A stretch of 64,000 bases of DNA from an uncultured delta proteobacterium (GTDB lineage: Bacteria > Myxococcota_A > Polyangia > Polyangiales > B10-G4), in contig CAVSGI010000008.1 in assembly GCA_963727445.1 (NCBI GenBank), positions 1 through 64,000 of the forward strand. The letters are read 5' to 3'. The notes under the pieces are model-generated. The model worked only from the letters and a program-made list of their open reading frames with translations. It was not told where the DNA came from and made no database searches. Positions 36,181 through 47,089 of the stretch are shown piece after piece. The position numbers were made by a program, and so were the translations under genes. How positions within the stretch are numbered: position 1 is the first letter of the stretch; each line of letters opens with the position of its first letter.

Positions 36181-37886
36181 TCCGTCTCCTCTGCGGTGGG
36201 GGTGATGCGCCGGTAGCGGAATGCGTCGGTGGTCACGATCGCCGTCATGAGCGATCGGATGTCGAAGTCGCTGTCGACGAAGGCGCCGAAGACGCGGCTG
36301 ACGGAACAAGCGTCGAGGGGACCTTCGATGCGCCGCGTCGCGAAGCGGAACCACTGGCGAGCGACACACTCGCGCACCTCGTCACTCTGGCTGAGGGTCG
36401 CGGCGAGATCGACGGCGCCGTCGAAGGTACCGTCGATGTCCTCGGTCTCGACCAGCTCGCCGGTCGCGTCGATCGGGAGCGTGCCCTCCATGGTGCGATA
36501 GGCGCCGATCGGGTCGTAGTTCTCGAAGCCGAGGCCGATGGGATCCATCAGGCGGTGACAGCTCGCGCAGGTCGGATCGCTGTCGTGCTCCGCGAAGCGC
36601 TCGCGCGTGGTGGCGTCGGGGCTCGGCTCGGGCACCGCGGTGCTCACCCCCGGCGGCGGCGGCGCGATGGGCTGGCAGAGGATCGCTTCGCGCACGAGCT
36701 TGCCGCGATGGACGGGCGAGGTCTGGTCGGCGTGCGCCTGGCGCGCGAGGAGGCTCGCCTGGGTCAGGATGCCGGCGCGCTGTGTCGGGTCGAGGTCCAC
36801 GGGCGCGGTCCCGTCGTAGCCCGCCGGCTCGGCGACACCGTACAGATCGAAGAGGGGCCCTTCGGGGAAGGAGAAAGACGCGGTGAAGAGCGTCTCGACC
36901 CGGCCGTCACCTTCGCGGATGACGTAATCGGCGAAGCGGGTGGTCTCGTTCGTCATCGCCGTCCGCATGGAAGCGTCGAACTGGGGAAAGAGCGCCGTGT
37001 CCTTCTCGAGGACGTCGAGGTCTTCGATGCGAAGCCACTGCTCGTGGAAGCTGGCGATGGTCGCCGCGGCGCGTGGGTCGTCGAGCATGCGCTCGGCCTG
37101 CGCCTGGATCTGCTCGGCCGTCTCGAGCTCGTCCGCTTCGGCGGCCGCGAAGAGCGCGTCGTCGGGCATCGAGCTCCAGAGGAAGTAGCTCAGCCGCGAA
37201 GCCATCTGAAAGCCGTCGAGGGCGCGCAGGCTTCCGTCGTCGACTCCATCCTCGCCGAGCTCCACGTGATAGAGGAAGTGGGGGGACTGCAGAAAAGCCT
37301 CCACGACGACCTGGATCCCGAAGTCGAAGCTCTCCGCGTCGCGCCCGGCGCCGAAGACCGTGAGGTAGGCCGACTTCTCGGCGGCGGTGAGGGGCCGGCG
37401 GTACGCACGGCGCCCGAAGGTCTCGATGAAGGAGGTCGCGCAAGCGTCCTCTCCGTCGGTCGCGGGATCGCAATCGAGGAGCGCCGCCGAATCGGTGACC
37501 GCCGTGGCAGCGAGCGTCTGGGCAGCGGTCTCGTATTGCTCGACGCGCAGGTTGGTGACGGGCGTCACCGCGTTCGCGTCGAAGGCGCCGAGCTTCTCGT
37601 CGGTGCCGAGGCGCGTGGCGGTGTCGTGCGCCAGCGCGGCGTCCACACCCAAGAGCTCACGAATCGTGTTCTCGTATTCGCGTCGCGTCAGGCGGCGGAG
37701 CGGCGAGCGGCCGGTGGAGAGGCCGCTGCAGCTGTCCGGCGCGGGATCGCGCAGGGTCGGCTCGGGGTCGAAGGGGACGTCGCCGCCGCGCGGCGCCTCG
37801 CCTGGATCGGCGATGAGCCCGGTGCATCCCGCCACGGTCAACAGGGCTGCGGCATAGGTCTTCGTACGTCGGGGAGACATGTACAT
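36177..37886 (-). CDS. DUF1592/1588/1595/1587/1585 lipoprotein with a CxxCH heme-c motif
   Basis: LRRLTRREYENTIRELLG, LQSPHFLY, ASRLSYFLWSSMPD, TSPVHRG, CASCH, GFENYD; lipobox VAGC. Confidence 0.88.
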
Positions 37887-37895
37887 CGCGGGTGC

Positions 37896-37912
37896 TGCAA
37901 CGGGTGGACCAG
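37896..37912 (-). promoter_or_regulatory. Sigma-54 (-24/-12) promoter for the DUF1592-DUF1552 operon
   Basis: Minus strand CTGGTCCACCCGTTGCA = GG-N10-GC with TTGCA; predicted start about at the ATG (37886). Confidence 0.55.
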
Positions 37913-38218
37913 GAATCGGGGCCGAATCCCTCCATGATCTCGGGCGCTCCGTGGCCGCCAGCGCCCCAAGAGGAGCCGGGAGCGCCCCGCGTTCCGAGCC
38001 CCGGAGCGACGCGCGCTCCTATCACACTCGGCTCGAGCTCTCCTCAGTGCTCGCTCGGCGAGACCGAGGGGCTCATCGCGCTCGTCCGCCTTCGGCGCCC
38101 TCTCCTTCGTCTTCGTGCACCGCTCCGTCGAGGAGACGAAGGGAAAGGGGCTGGAGGAAATGGGCCAGCCTGGGAGCTCCGCTTGACACCTCCTCGCCCC
38201 ACCCGTAACCGCCTCGTC

Positions 38219-40402
38219 GTGCATCCCGCGCGGCCGCAATTGCCCCCCGAGCCGTGCGCCGCCTGCGGCGCGGACGTCGATCCCATCCGCGCCCCCGAGG
38301 TGCTCGCGATGAATGACGGCATCCGCTACCTCTGCGATCGCGGCTGTCGTGCGCGCTTCGTCTCGGGCGAGCGCGCGGCGCCGAGCGCGCGACCGCCCAC
38401 GCCCCCGCGCGCGCGTCGCGATCCCGAGACGGGCATCATCCACACCCGCGACCCGCGCTCCCTCGAGCCCCTCACCTTCGTCAAAGAAGAAGCCCCCCCG
38501 GAGCCGACGCCGCCCTGGATTGGCTTCGGCATCGCGGCCCTCGCGGCCTTCCTCGGCGCCTTCGGCGCCGAGCCCACGGTCGCGCTGCTCAGCGTCGTCG
38601 CCTCCATCGCCTCCGTCGGCGTCGCCATCTCCGTCGGCAAGGACGCTGTCCACGAGGTCGGGATCGCCGCCTTCGCGGCCGCGCCGCTCGGGGCGCTCCT
38701 CGCCGCCATCGGCGGGCTCCTCGCCGTGTTCGAAGAGCCGGCCGCCTGGCCCGCGCTGGTGGGCGCGGGCATCGCGGCGGGTCTGGTGAACCTACGGGCA
38801 TGGCTCGATGCGCGTGGCCAGAGGCCCGTACAGGACGCGCTCCGCGCGCTGGCAGAGCTCCTTCCGCCGCGCGTCCGGGTCCCCGCCGAATCCACCGCGC
38901 GCGGCGAGCTGGCGCTCTCGGAGGTCGACACCAGCTCGGTTCGAGTCGGCGAAGAGGTGTTGGTCATCGCGGGCGAGGTCATCCCGGTGGACGCGATCGT
39001 CCTCGGCGGCGAAGGCGAGGTGCTCTCGCATCCCGCCGCGCGCCTGCCGGTCGCGCGCCGCGCGGGCGACCCGGTGCTCGCCGGGGCGCGGGTGACGGAC
39101 GGCGCGCTGCGCCTGCGCGCGACGCGTGTCGGCGCCGAACGCGCCCTGTCGCGCGTCTCGCACTTCGGCGACGCGGGCGGGCCGCGAAGCAGCCCGGCCC
39201 TGCGCCGCGCGAAGAACGTCTCGCTGATCGGCGGGCTGGTCGCGGCCGCCGCCGCGGCCGTGGCCATCGGCTTCGGCGCGGGCCTGCCCGCGGCGCTCGG
39301 GGCGTCGGGCGCGGTGCTTCTGGCCGCGCCGCTCTCGGCGCTCTGGCGCGCGGCCACGCTCCCCCTCGAAGCCGCCGGGGCCAGCGCTTGTGCGCGCGGG
39401 ATCACCTTCCCCTCGGCCGAGCAGCTCGAGCGTGCAGGCCGGACGCACATCTGCGCCCTCTGCACGCGGGGAACCGTCACCGAAGGCGAGCTCGAGGTGA
39501 TGGAGGTCCATCCCATCGGAGGCGCCGACGCCCTCGCCATGCTGGGTCTGGTCGCGGGCGCCGAGCTCGCCGCCGAGGGTCACCCCATCGCGCGCGCCGT
39601 CGCACGCCACGCCCGAACGCGAGGCGCGAAGCCCGCGGCGGTGCGGCGCGGCAAGTGGATGGCCGGTCGCGGCGTGACCGCGATCACCCCAAACGGCGAG
39701 CCCCTGGTGGTCGGAAACCGCCAGCTCCTCCTCGACGAAGGCGTCAGCGTCGCCGTGGCCGACGCGGAGGCGGCGCGCGCCGAGGCGCGCGGTGACACCG
39801 TCCTCTTCGTCGGCGTCGATGGTCACGTGCGCGCCGTCATCGCGCTCTCCGATCCGGTGCGCCCCGGCGCCCGTGCCGCGGTGCAGCGGCTCTTCGATCT
39901 CGGAACCGAGGTGGTGCTCCTCTCGGGGGATCATCGCCCCAGCGTCGTCACCCTCGCCAAGCAGCTCGACGTGATGAACGTCCGCGCCGAGCTCCGCCCC
40001 GAAGCACGAGGCGACGAGATCCGCCGCCTGAGGGAGACCGGTGGAGACGTCGCGGTGGTCGGCCACCCGGCGGAAGACGATCCGGCCCTGGCCGCGGCCG
40101 ACGTCGCCATCCTCCTCGGCGCCGCCGGCGACACCAACGACGAGCGGACCATCGCCCTGACCACCCACGACGTCCGCGATGCAGCGGCGGCGCTCTTCAT
40201 CGCCCGCGCCGCCTGGGACGCCACCTCCCGCATCACCCTGGCCGCGGCAGCCGTCGGAGGCCTGGTGGTGGTCGCTGCCGCGCTCGGCTTCGTCTCGCCC
40301 GTCGTGGCCGCGATCGCGGGCGCCGCCATCGACGCCTATGCGCTACCCTCCGGCACCCGGCTCTTGCACCGGGTGGAGCTTCGGGTACCCGCACCCGACT
40401 GA
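38219..40402 (+). CDS. Degenerate P1B-type ATPase homologue with YHS/TRASH-like N-terminal Cys domain
   Basis: Recognisable A, P and N domains (GEVIPVD, HPIARA, GRGV, SGDH) but DKTGT>CTRGT, TGE absent, CPC>AAP, GDGxND>GHPAEDD; TTGACA-17-TAACCG just before GTG 38219. Confidence 0.78.
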   Translation: MHPARPQLPPEPCAACGADVDPIRAPEVLAMNDGIRYLCDRGCRARFVSGERAAPSARPPTPPRARRDPETGIIHTRDPRSLEPLTFVKEEAPPEPTPPWIGFGIAALAAFLGAFGAEPTVALLSVVASIASVGVAISVGKDAVHEVGIAAFAAAPLGALLAAIGGLLAVFEEPAAWPALVGAGIAAGLVNLRAWLDARGQRPVQDALRALAELLPPRVRVPAESTARGELALSEVDTSSVRVGEEVLVIAGEVIPVDAIVLGGEGEVLSHPAARLPVARRAGDPVLAGARVTDGALRLRATRVGAERALSRVSHFGDAGGPRSSPALRRAKNVSLIGGLVAAAAAAVAIGFGAGLPAALGASGAVLLAAPLSALWRAATLPLEAAGASACARGITFPSAEQLERAGRTHICALCTRGTVTEGELEVMEVHPIGGADALAMLGLVAGAELAAEGHPIARAVARHARTRGAKPAAVRRGKWMAGRGVTAITPNGEPLVVGNRQLLLDEGVSVAVADAEAARAEARGDTVLFVGVDGHVRAVIALSDPVRPGARAAVQRLFDLGTEVVLLSGDHRPSVVTLAKQLDVMNVRAELRPEARGDEIRRLRETGGDVAVVGHPAEDDPALAAADVAILLGAAGDTNDERTIALTTHDVRDAAAALFIARAAWDATSRITLAAAAVGGLVVVAAALGFVSPVVAAIAGAAIDAYALPSGTRLLHRVELRVPAPD

Positions 40403-40417
40403 AGTACGAGGAACACG

Positions 40418-41851
40418 ATGAGTGACAAAGCGTGGGGTGGCCGCTTCGAAGCCGAGACGGACGAGGTGGCGCTCCGGTTCAGCGAGAGCGTGAGCTTCGA
40501 CCAGCGCCTCTACCGAGAGGACATCGAGGGCTCCATCGCCCACGTTCGAATGCTCGGCGCGCGGGGGATCATCGACCCCGCCGACGCGAAGCGCATCGAG
40601 GAGGGCCTCGACGAGGTGCGCGCCGAGATCGACGCCGGCAACTTCGAATGGGACGAGAAGAAAGAGGACGTCCACATGAACGTGGAGTCGCGCCTCACCG
40701 CGTTGATCGGCGATGCGGGGGGGCGCCTTCACACCGGCCGCAGCCGCAACGATCAGGTCGCGACCGACATGCGCCTCTGGGTGCGCCGCCACGCGAAGCT
40801 CACCCAGCACACCATCGAGGAGCTGGTGGCGGTGCTCGCGGTTCGCGCCGCCGGCACCATCGACGTGCTGATGCCCGGCTACACGCACCTGCAACGGGCG
40901 CAGCCCGTCCGCCTCGCACACCACCTCCTCGCCTGGTGCGAGATGCTCCTGCGCGACCACGGCCGACTGGGTGACGCCGCAAAGCGCCTCAACGAGAGCC
41001 CGCTCGGCGCCGGCGCCCTCGCCGCCACGACCTTCGACATCGACCGCGAGGCGACCGCGAAGGCCCTGGGATTCGACCGCCCGACCCGAAACTCCCTCGA
41101 CACCGTCGCTGACCGCGACTTCCTCGTCGAGATGGTCGCCGCCCTCGCCAACTGCGCGGTGCACCTCAGCCGCATCTCGGAAGAGCTCGTGCTCTGGAGC
41201 ACCCAGGAGTTCGGCTTCCTCCGCATGAGCGACGCCTTCACCACCGGCTCGTCCATGATGCCGCAGAAGAAGAACCCCGACATGGCCGAGCTGGTCAGGG
41301 GGAAGAGCGGGCGCGTGGTGGGAGACCTCGTCTCGCTGATCGTCATGCTCAAGGGCCTGCCCCTCGCCTACAACCGCGACATGCAGGAAGACAAGCAGCC
41401 GGTCTTCGACGCCTTCGACACCGTGAACGACTCGCTCCGGGTCCTCACCGGCGCGCTGGCCACCGCGCGCTTCGATGCTGCGCGAATGCGGAAGGCGCTC
41501 ACCGAGGGCTTCCTCGACGCGACGGAGGTCGCCGACTACCTGGTGACCAAGGGCGTCCCTTTCCGCGACGCGCATCACGTCGCGGGTCGTCTCGTCGCCC
41601 GCGCCATCGCGGAGAAGAAGACGCTGCCCGAGCTCGAGCTCGCGGCCTTCCGCGAAGAGAACGCGGCCTTCGACGAAGACGTCTACGCGGCGCTCGAGAT
41701 GGAGACCGCGGTGGAGAAGCGCGACGTCCCCGGCGGCCCCAAGCGCGCGCGGGTCGAGGCGGCGCTCGCAGAGCTCCGTCAGCGCCTCGAGACACTCGGC
41801 GTGGACCTGAGCGCCGTCGCCACACGCCACGGCGCGGAGGAGCATCCGTGA
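40418..41851 (+). CDS. argH: Argininosuccinate lyase
   Basis: WGGRF, EDVHM, HTGRSRNDQ, MPGYTHLQRAQP, GSSMMPQKKNPD, YNRDMQEDK. Confidence 0.97.
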   Translation: MSDKAWGGRFEAETDEVALRFSESVSFDQRLYREDIEGSIAHVRMLGARGIIDPADAKRIEEGLDEVRAEIDAGNFEWDEKKEDVHMNVESRLTALIGDAGGRLHTGRSRNDQVATDMRLWVRRHAKLTQHTIEELVAVLAVRAAGTIDVLMPGYTHLQRAQPVRLAHHLLAWCEMLLRDHGRLGDAAKRLNESPLGAGALAATTFDIDREATAKALGFDRPTRNSLDTVADRDFLVEMVAALANCAVHLSRISEELVLWSTQEFGFLRMSDAFTTGSSMMPQKKNPDMAELVRGKSGRVVGDLVSLIVMLKGLPLAYNRDMQEDKQPVFDAFDTVNDSLRVLTGALATARFDAARMRKALTEGFLDATEVADYLVTKGVPFRDAHHVAGRLVARAIAEKKTLPELELAAFREENAAFDEDVYAALEMETAVEKRDVPGGPKRARVEAALAELRQRLETLGVDLSAVATRHGAEEHP

Positions 41852-43171
41852 GCGAGACCGAACACTTTCGTTACGAGGACGGGCGGCTCCATTGCGACGG
41901 CGTCGACCTCGAGCGCCTGGCCAAAGAGGTGGGCACCCCGGCCTATGTGTACAGCGGCCCCGCCATCGACGCGGCCTATCGCGCGGTCGACGACGCGCTG
42001 TCGTGGGGGCCGCACATGGTCGCCTACGCGATCAAGGCCAACAGCAATCTCGCGATCCTCGCGCGCCTGCGCGAGCTGGGCGCCGGCGCCGACATCGTCT
42101 CGGGTGGAGAGCTCTCACGCTGCCTCGAAGCCGGGATCCCCGGCGGCCGCATCGTCTTCAGCGGCGTCGGCAAACGCGACGAGGAGATCGAGGCGGCCCT
42201 TCGCGCGCCGGTCCGCTCCATCCACGTCGAGAGCACCCAGGAGATCGAGGCGATCGAGCGGATCGCGGCGCGCCTGGAGACGCCCGCGCAGATCTCGCTC
42301 CGCATCAACCCGGACGTCGATCCCAAGACCCATCCCTACATCGCCACCGGCCTGCACCACACCAAGTTCGGCCTCGAGGTGGCGGTCGCCGAGCGGCTGC
42401 TGCCGCGCATCCTCGAGAGCGAGCACCTGGTGCTCGAAGGCGTCACCTGCCACATCGGCTCGCAGATCGGCGAAGTCTCGTCGCTACGAGAAGCCGTCGC
42501 CATCACCGCGCGCCTGGCCGTGCGCTGTCGCGAGGCAGGCGCCCCGATCCGCACCCTCGACGCCGGTGGCGGCTGGCCCATCGCCTACGGCCACGAGACC
42601 GACGCCTTCCCGCCGCCCTCCGCCTTCGGCAGAGCGATCCGCGAGGGACTCGCCGAGGGGGGCGCAGCCGATCTCGGCCTCGAGGTCATCGTCGAGCCGG
42701 GGCGTGCCCTGGTCGGTGACGCGGGCATCCTCCTCACGCGCGTGGTCTTCGTCGAAGGATCAGCCCTTCCGCCCCGACGCCGTCGCAGGCCAAGCGCCGA
42801 ACGAGGGCGCGAAGCGCTTCGTGATCGTCGACGCGTCCATGTCGGAGCTGATCCGCCCGGCGCTCTACCAGGCCCACCACGCGATGCTGCCCGTGGTGCA
42901 GCCGGCCGAGGGCGTGGCCCAGACCCACGTGGACGTGGTAGGTCCGGTCTGCGAGTCCGGCGACTGGCTCGCCCGCGACCGCGCCCTGCCCCCACTCGCA
43001 CGTGGAGATCTGGTCGCGATCATGAGCGCAGGTGCGTACGGCATGGTGATGGCGAGCAACTACAACTCGCGACCGCGACCGGTCGAGGTGCTCGTCGACG
43101 GCGGCGCGCATCGCGTGGTGCGCGGGCGCGAGTCCACCGCCGACCTGATGCGCGGCGAGTCGCGGGGCTGA
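41848..43171 (+). CDS. lysA: Diaminopimelate decarboxylase (apparent +1 frameshift near 42753)
   Basis: YAIKAN (PLP Lys), FSGVGK, HIGSQ, EPGR in the first frame; IRPALY, GPVCESGD, GAYG.VMASNYN in the second frame. Confidence 0.92.
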
Positions 43172-43180
43172 GGAAACCAG

Positions 43181-44947
43181 CTACTCGCCGCTGCCGCCGG
43201 TGCCGTTCGTCCACAGGCTGGTGCGGAGCGACTTCATGCGGTCCTCGACCGCGCCGAGTCGCGCCATCACCGAGCCGGTGGAGGCCTCGAGCTGGTGGAT
43301 GCTGTCCACGCCCTCGACCTTGGCCTTGCGTGCTGTGCGGATCACGTCTGCGATGGAGCGAGTCATCTCCTCGGTGGCGCGCTGGACGAACTCGACCAGC
43401 TTGTCGCCGAAGATGTCGATCTGATCCTCGAAAGCGTCGGCGAGCTTGCCCGCCGCCTCCTGGATTGCCTTGGGGCCTTCCTCGAGGGCGCGGTCCTTCA
43501 CCCGCTTGTCCGCACGCCCGCGGAACACCAGGGCGAGCACGGGCGCCGCGAGGGTGAGCGCGCCGCCGACGAGCACGTTCGAGAGCGCCATGATGGTGAT
43601 CCCGAAGGCGCCCAGGGCGAAGACCCCGACGTCGTAGGCGAAGGTGTTCACCTTGAGGTCGAGGCTGTGCCCCGCCGGGCCCAGCACCTCCTTCATCCGC
43701 TCCGACTTCTCCTCGGCGTCTTCCGTCACGAAGGCGATCGCCTGCTCGGCCACGCGCTCGAGACGTCCGCTGACCTCGCTGGCCTGTTGATCGGCGAACT
43801 CGCGGAAGCGCTCTTCGATGAAGCCAGGCAGATAGCGCTTGAGGTCGTCAGCCTTGCTCTGCTCGATCTCCTCTGGAAGTTGGGCCGCGAAGGCGCGCCC
43901 CCAATCCTCCACTTCCTTCCGGGTGGTGGCCTTCACTCCTGCGATGGCGTCACGCACCACGCGCTCGCGCTTCTTCAGCGCTTCTTCGGAGTCGTCGAGA
44001 TCCGCTTCGAGGCGCGAGAGACGCTCCTCGAGATCGTCCTGCTCCATGGAGAGAGCCCGCTTCTGCACCTCCACGCTCGTGCGGAGCACGCCGGCGGTAC
44101 GCAGCGCCTGGTCGAGGGCGTTGTCGAGGAGCACCCGGCCGCGCTCCTCTTCGAGGAAGCGGGTGAGCTCGGTGACGAACTCGTCGAGGCCCGAGCCTTC
44201 GCGATCGCCTTCGAGGGCGCGCTCGGCCGAGAGCGGGAACACCTTCGGGTCGTCCACGATCTCCGTCAGGTGCTTCGTCGCGTAGGCGACCGCCTCCGCG
44301 CGCTCGTCGTCTTCGAGGAGGTCGATCTTGTTGATCACGAACAAGAGCTTGTCCCGCGACGCGGTGAGCAGCTTGTTCGCGATGAACTGCCGCTCGCTCT
44401 CCTTGAGGATCTGACCTGCGTCGAGGAGGAAGATCACCGCGTCGGATCGGGGGATGTAGCCGTAGGTGATCTCGGCGCGCTGATGATTGAGGTCGTTGAC
44501 GCCGGGGGTGTCCACCAGGACCACGCCCTCGGCCAGCATGGGGGAGGGATAGGCGACCTTCAGGAAGTGGACGTCGTCCTTGGCGTGCTCGCCGCCGACC
44601 TCGTAGCTCTCGAGCTCGGCCAGCGGCACCTCGACGCCCTCGCCCTCTTCGGGCACGGCCTGGGCGCTCGCCGTCTCGCCGTGCTCGATGTGATGGATCA
44701 GCGCCGTGGTCGGGGTGACCCCCATCGGCAGGAGCTTCTTGCCGAGGAGCGCGTTCACGAAGGTGGTCTTGCCGTGGTTGAACTCCCCCAGCACGACCAG
44801 GTGAAAGCGTTCGCCCTCGAGGCGCGGAATGCGGTCGTCGCGGAGGGTGTCCGACAGCGACTCGGCGCCAGAGTCGTCGGCGAGGTCGGCGACCTCGCGC
44901 AGGCACGCGAGCACTTCGTTTCTGGTCCCTCGATAATCAATCGACAC
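43181..44947 (-). CDS. Bacterial dynamin-like GTPase
   Basis: G1 GEFNHGKTT, G2 PTTA, G3 DTPG, G4 NKID; helical stalk; hydrophobic paddle (VGVFALGAFG...LALVF). Confidence 0.85.
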   Translation of the reverse strand: MSIDYRGTRNEVLACLREVADLADDSGAESLSDTLRDDRIPRLEGERFHLVVLGEFNHGKTTFVNALLGKKLLPMGVTPTTALIHHIEHGETASAQAVPEEGEGVEVPLAELESYEVGGEHAKDDVHFLKVAYPSPMLAEGVVLVDTPGVNDLNHQRAEITYGYIPRSDAVIFLLDAGQILKESERQFIANKLLTASRDKLLFVINKIDLLEDDERAEAVAYATKHLTEIVDDPKVFPLSAERALEGDREGSGLDEFVTELTRFLEEERGRVLLDNALDQALRTAGVLRTSVEVQKRALSMEQDDLEERLSRLEADLDDSEEALKKRERVVRDAIAGVKATTRKEVEDWGRAFAAQLPEEIEQSKADDLKRYLPGFIEERFREFADQQASEVSGRLERVAEQAIAFVTEDAEEKSERMKEVLGPAGHSLDLKVNTFAYDVGVFALGAFGITIMALSNVLVGGALTLAAPVLALVFRGRADKRVKDRALEEGPKAIQEAAGKLADAFEDQIDIFGDKLVEFVQRATEEMTRSIADVIRTARKAKVEGVDSIHQLEASTGSVMARLGAVEDRMKSLRTSLWTNGTGGSGE

Positions 44948-45884
44948 TCGACTCCTCCTTCGCCTCGGTCTCGCCTTCGCCCTCGTGCTGCTTGATGCTC
45001 TTCACGATCTGGATGATGTCGTGCGTGCGCGCGTCCACTTCGTCCATCGACAGCCCGGTGTCTCCGCGTCCCGTCGCGCGCTTGAACATCTCGCTCTCGG
45101 AAAAGACCTGCATCGCTTCGATTCTCTTGGGCAGATACGGATGGGAAGTGAAGAGCTCGGTCAGACGGCCGACGCCATCGCGCCCCTCGTCCGCCTGCCG
45201 CAGGTACTCCTTCACGTCCAGCTCCTCGTAGAGCTTCTTCGAGCCGCACGCCATCTTGAGAAACGAACGCGAAGCCGCTTCGAGATCGCCGCAGCACAGG
45301 AGCCCCGCCCGATCGCAGGTGACCTCGGCGCGCCGGTACCATGCCTGCAGCGCCACCTCGATGGGGGGCATGAGGTAGCGCAGGAAGGAGGCCGCCGTCT
45401 TCAGCAGGATCAGCACGGTGTTGTAGATCACGTGCTTGTTCTGGATGTGACCGGTCTCGTGCCCGATCACGAACTTCAGCTCGTCGCGGTCGAAGTGGTC
45501 GACCAGGGCCGAGTGGATGACGATGAAGGCGTCGTCGTCGGTGCCGAAGGTGAAAGCGTTCACGATCGGGTGGTTCTGGATGTAGACGGTGGGCACCGGC
45601 ACCTGGAGCGCCTCGGCGCACTCGACCGCGATCTGGTGGATCGACGGAAACTGCTTCGGTGTGACCTTGATGGTCGTCCCGAGGAGCTGGTTCTTGTAGA
45701 CGTCCTTGTACATTCGGACGGTGGCGGCGGCGGCGAGCTCCACCGGCTTCATGCGGCGGAAGGTGTTGAGCATCGCGACGTCCGCCGCATAGGCGTAACG
45801 CGCTCCCTCCGCACCGCCGTAGGCCGCCTTCTTCCTGCCGGCCACGTAGCAATCGAAGCTGAGATTCGACTTCATGCGCACCAC
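44937..45884 (-). CDS. M48-family zinc metallopeptidase
   Basis: NAFTFG, GHETGH (HExxH), RRAEVTCDRAG, SHP motifs. Confidence 0.85.
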   Translation of the reverse strand: MVRMKSNLSFDCYVAGRKKAAYGGAEGARYAYAADVAMLNTFRRMKPVELAAAATVRMYKDVYKNQLLGTTIKVTPKQFPSIHQIAVECAEALQVPVPTVYIQNHPIVNAFTFGTDDDAFIVIHSALVDHFDRDELKFVIGHETGHIQNKHVIYNTVLILLKTAASFLRYLMPPIEVALQAWYRRAEVTCDRAGLLCCGDLEAASRSFLKMACGSKKLYEELDVKEYLRQADEGRDGVGRLTELFTSHPYLPKRIEAMQVFSESEMFKRATGRGDTGLSMDEVDARTHDIIQIVKSIKQHEGEGETEAKEESSVD

Positions 45885-46030
45885 AGTAGGTCCTCCCTCG
45901 CCGCTACGCCACGGTCAACAATCGCGGACGTGCCCGAAATTGTGACCTTCTTCCGGATTTGTCCCTTGGGATGACGCCTCCTGCCTCGGCTGCTAGGCTC
46001 CGCCGCCACGCCTGAGGGGGCGTACCAAGG

Positions 46031-47089
46031 ATGCCTGGAATCACGATCGTTGGCTCGGGACGCTTCAACCCGGGGGAGCCGGTACCGAACACAGCGCTCG
46101 AGCAGGTGATGGACACCGACGACGAGTGGATCCGGCAGCGCACTGGAATCGAACAGCGTCATTTCGCCCGCGAGGGTGAAGGGGTCAGCGACCTCGCGCT
46201 CGAAGCGGCGAGGAAGGCACTCGACTCTGCGGAGATGAAGGCGTCGGACATCGACTACATCATCTTCGCGACAATGACGCCGGACTACGTATTCCCGGGC
46301 TCCGGCGGCCTGCTCGGCGCCAAGCTCGGGATCCCCGGCGTTCCAGCCCTCGACATCCGCCAGCAGTGCGCGGCCTTCCCCTTCGGGATCCAGGTCGCGG
46401 ACGGGCTGATCGCGAGCGGCGCCGCGACCAACGTCCTGTTCGTGGGCGCCGAAGCGCACGCGGGCTTCATGCCCTGGACCGACTGGGAGCTGGTCACGGG
46501 TGGCAAGACGGGCAAGAGCCCGCCCGACGAGTACGATCGCGCGACGCGCCACCGCGGGCTGGCGATCCTCTTCGGCGACGGGGCGGGCGCCTTCGTCCTC
46601 AAGAAGAGCGAGAGGGAAGGCCACGGCCTCCTCGGCACCGAGATCCACACCGACGGCAACTTCGCCAAGCAGATCTACATCGAAGGAGGCGGCTTCCGCC
46701 GGCGCCCCTACTGGACGCCCGAGCTCTTCGAGCAGGAGCTCTACATCCCGTCGATGCAGGGCCGCGACCTCTTCAAGAACGCGGTGACCAAGCTCCCGCA
46801 GGTCGTCCGCTCCCTCATCGACAAGCACGGCGTGACCCTCGACGAGATCGACTGGTTCATCGCCCACCAGGCGAACGACCGCATCAACAGCGCGGTGCGC
46901 ACGAGCCTCAAGGTCCCCGAGTCGAAGGTCCCCTCGAACATCGCGCGCTACGGCAACACCAGCGCCGGCACCATCCCCATCCTGATGGACGAGCTCCTCC
47001 GCGCCGGCACCGTCAAGCGCGGCGACCTCCTCTGCTTCCTCGCCCTCGGCGCCGGCCTCCACTGGGGCGCAGCCCTGATGCGGCTCTAG
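46031..47089 (+). CDS. fabH: 3-oxoacyl-ACP synthase III family protein
   Basis: WIRQRTGI, QQCAAF (Cys), LFGDGAGA, HQAN, GNTSAG, GAGLHWG. Confidence 0.9.
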   Translation: MPGITIVGSGRFNPGEPVPNTALEQVMDTDDEWIRQRTGIEQRHFAREGEGVSDLALEAARKALDSAEMKASDIDYIIFATMTPDYVFPGSGGLLGAKLGIPGVPALDIRQQCAAFPFGIQVADGLIASGAATNVLFVGAEAHAGFMPWTDWELVTGGKTGKSPPDEYDRATRHRGLAILFGDGAGAFVLKKSEREGHGLLGTEIHTDGNFAKQIYIEGGGFRRRPYWTPELFEQELYIPSMQGRDLFKNAVTKLPQVVRSLIDKHGVTLDEIDWFIAHQANDRINSAVRTSLKVPESKVPSNIARYGNTSAGTIPILMDELLRAGTVKRGDLLCFLALGAGLHWGAALMRL

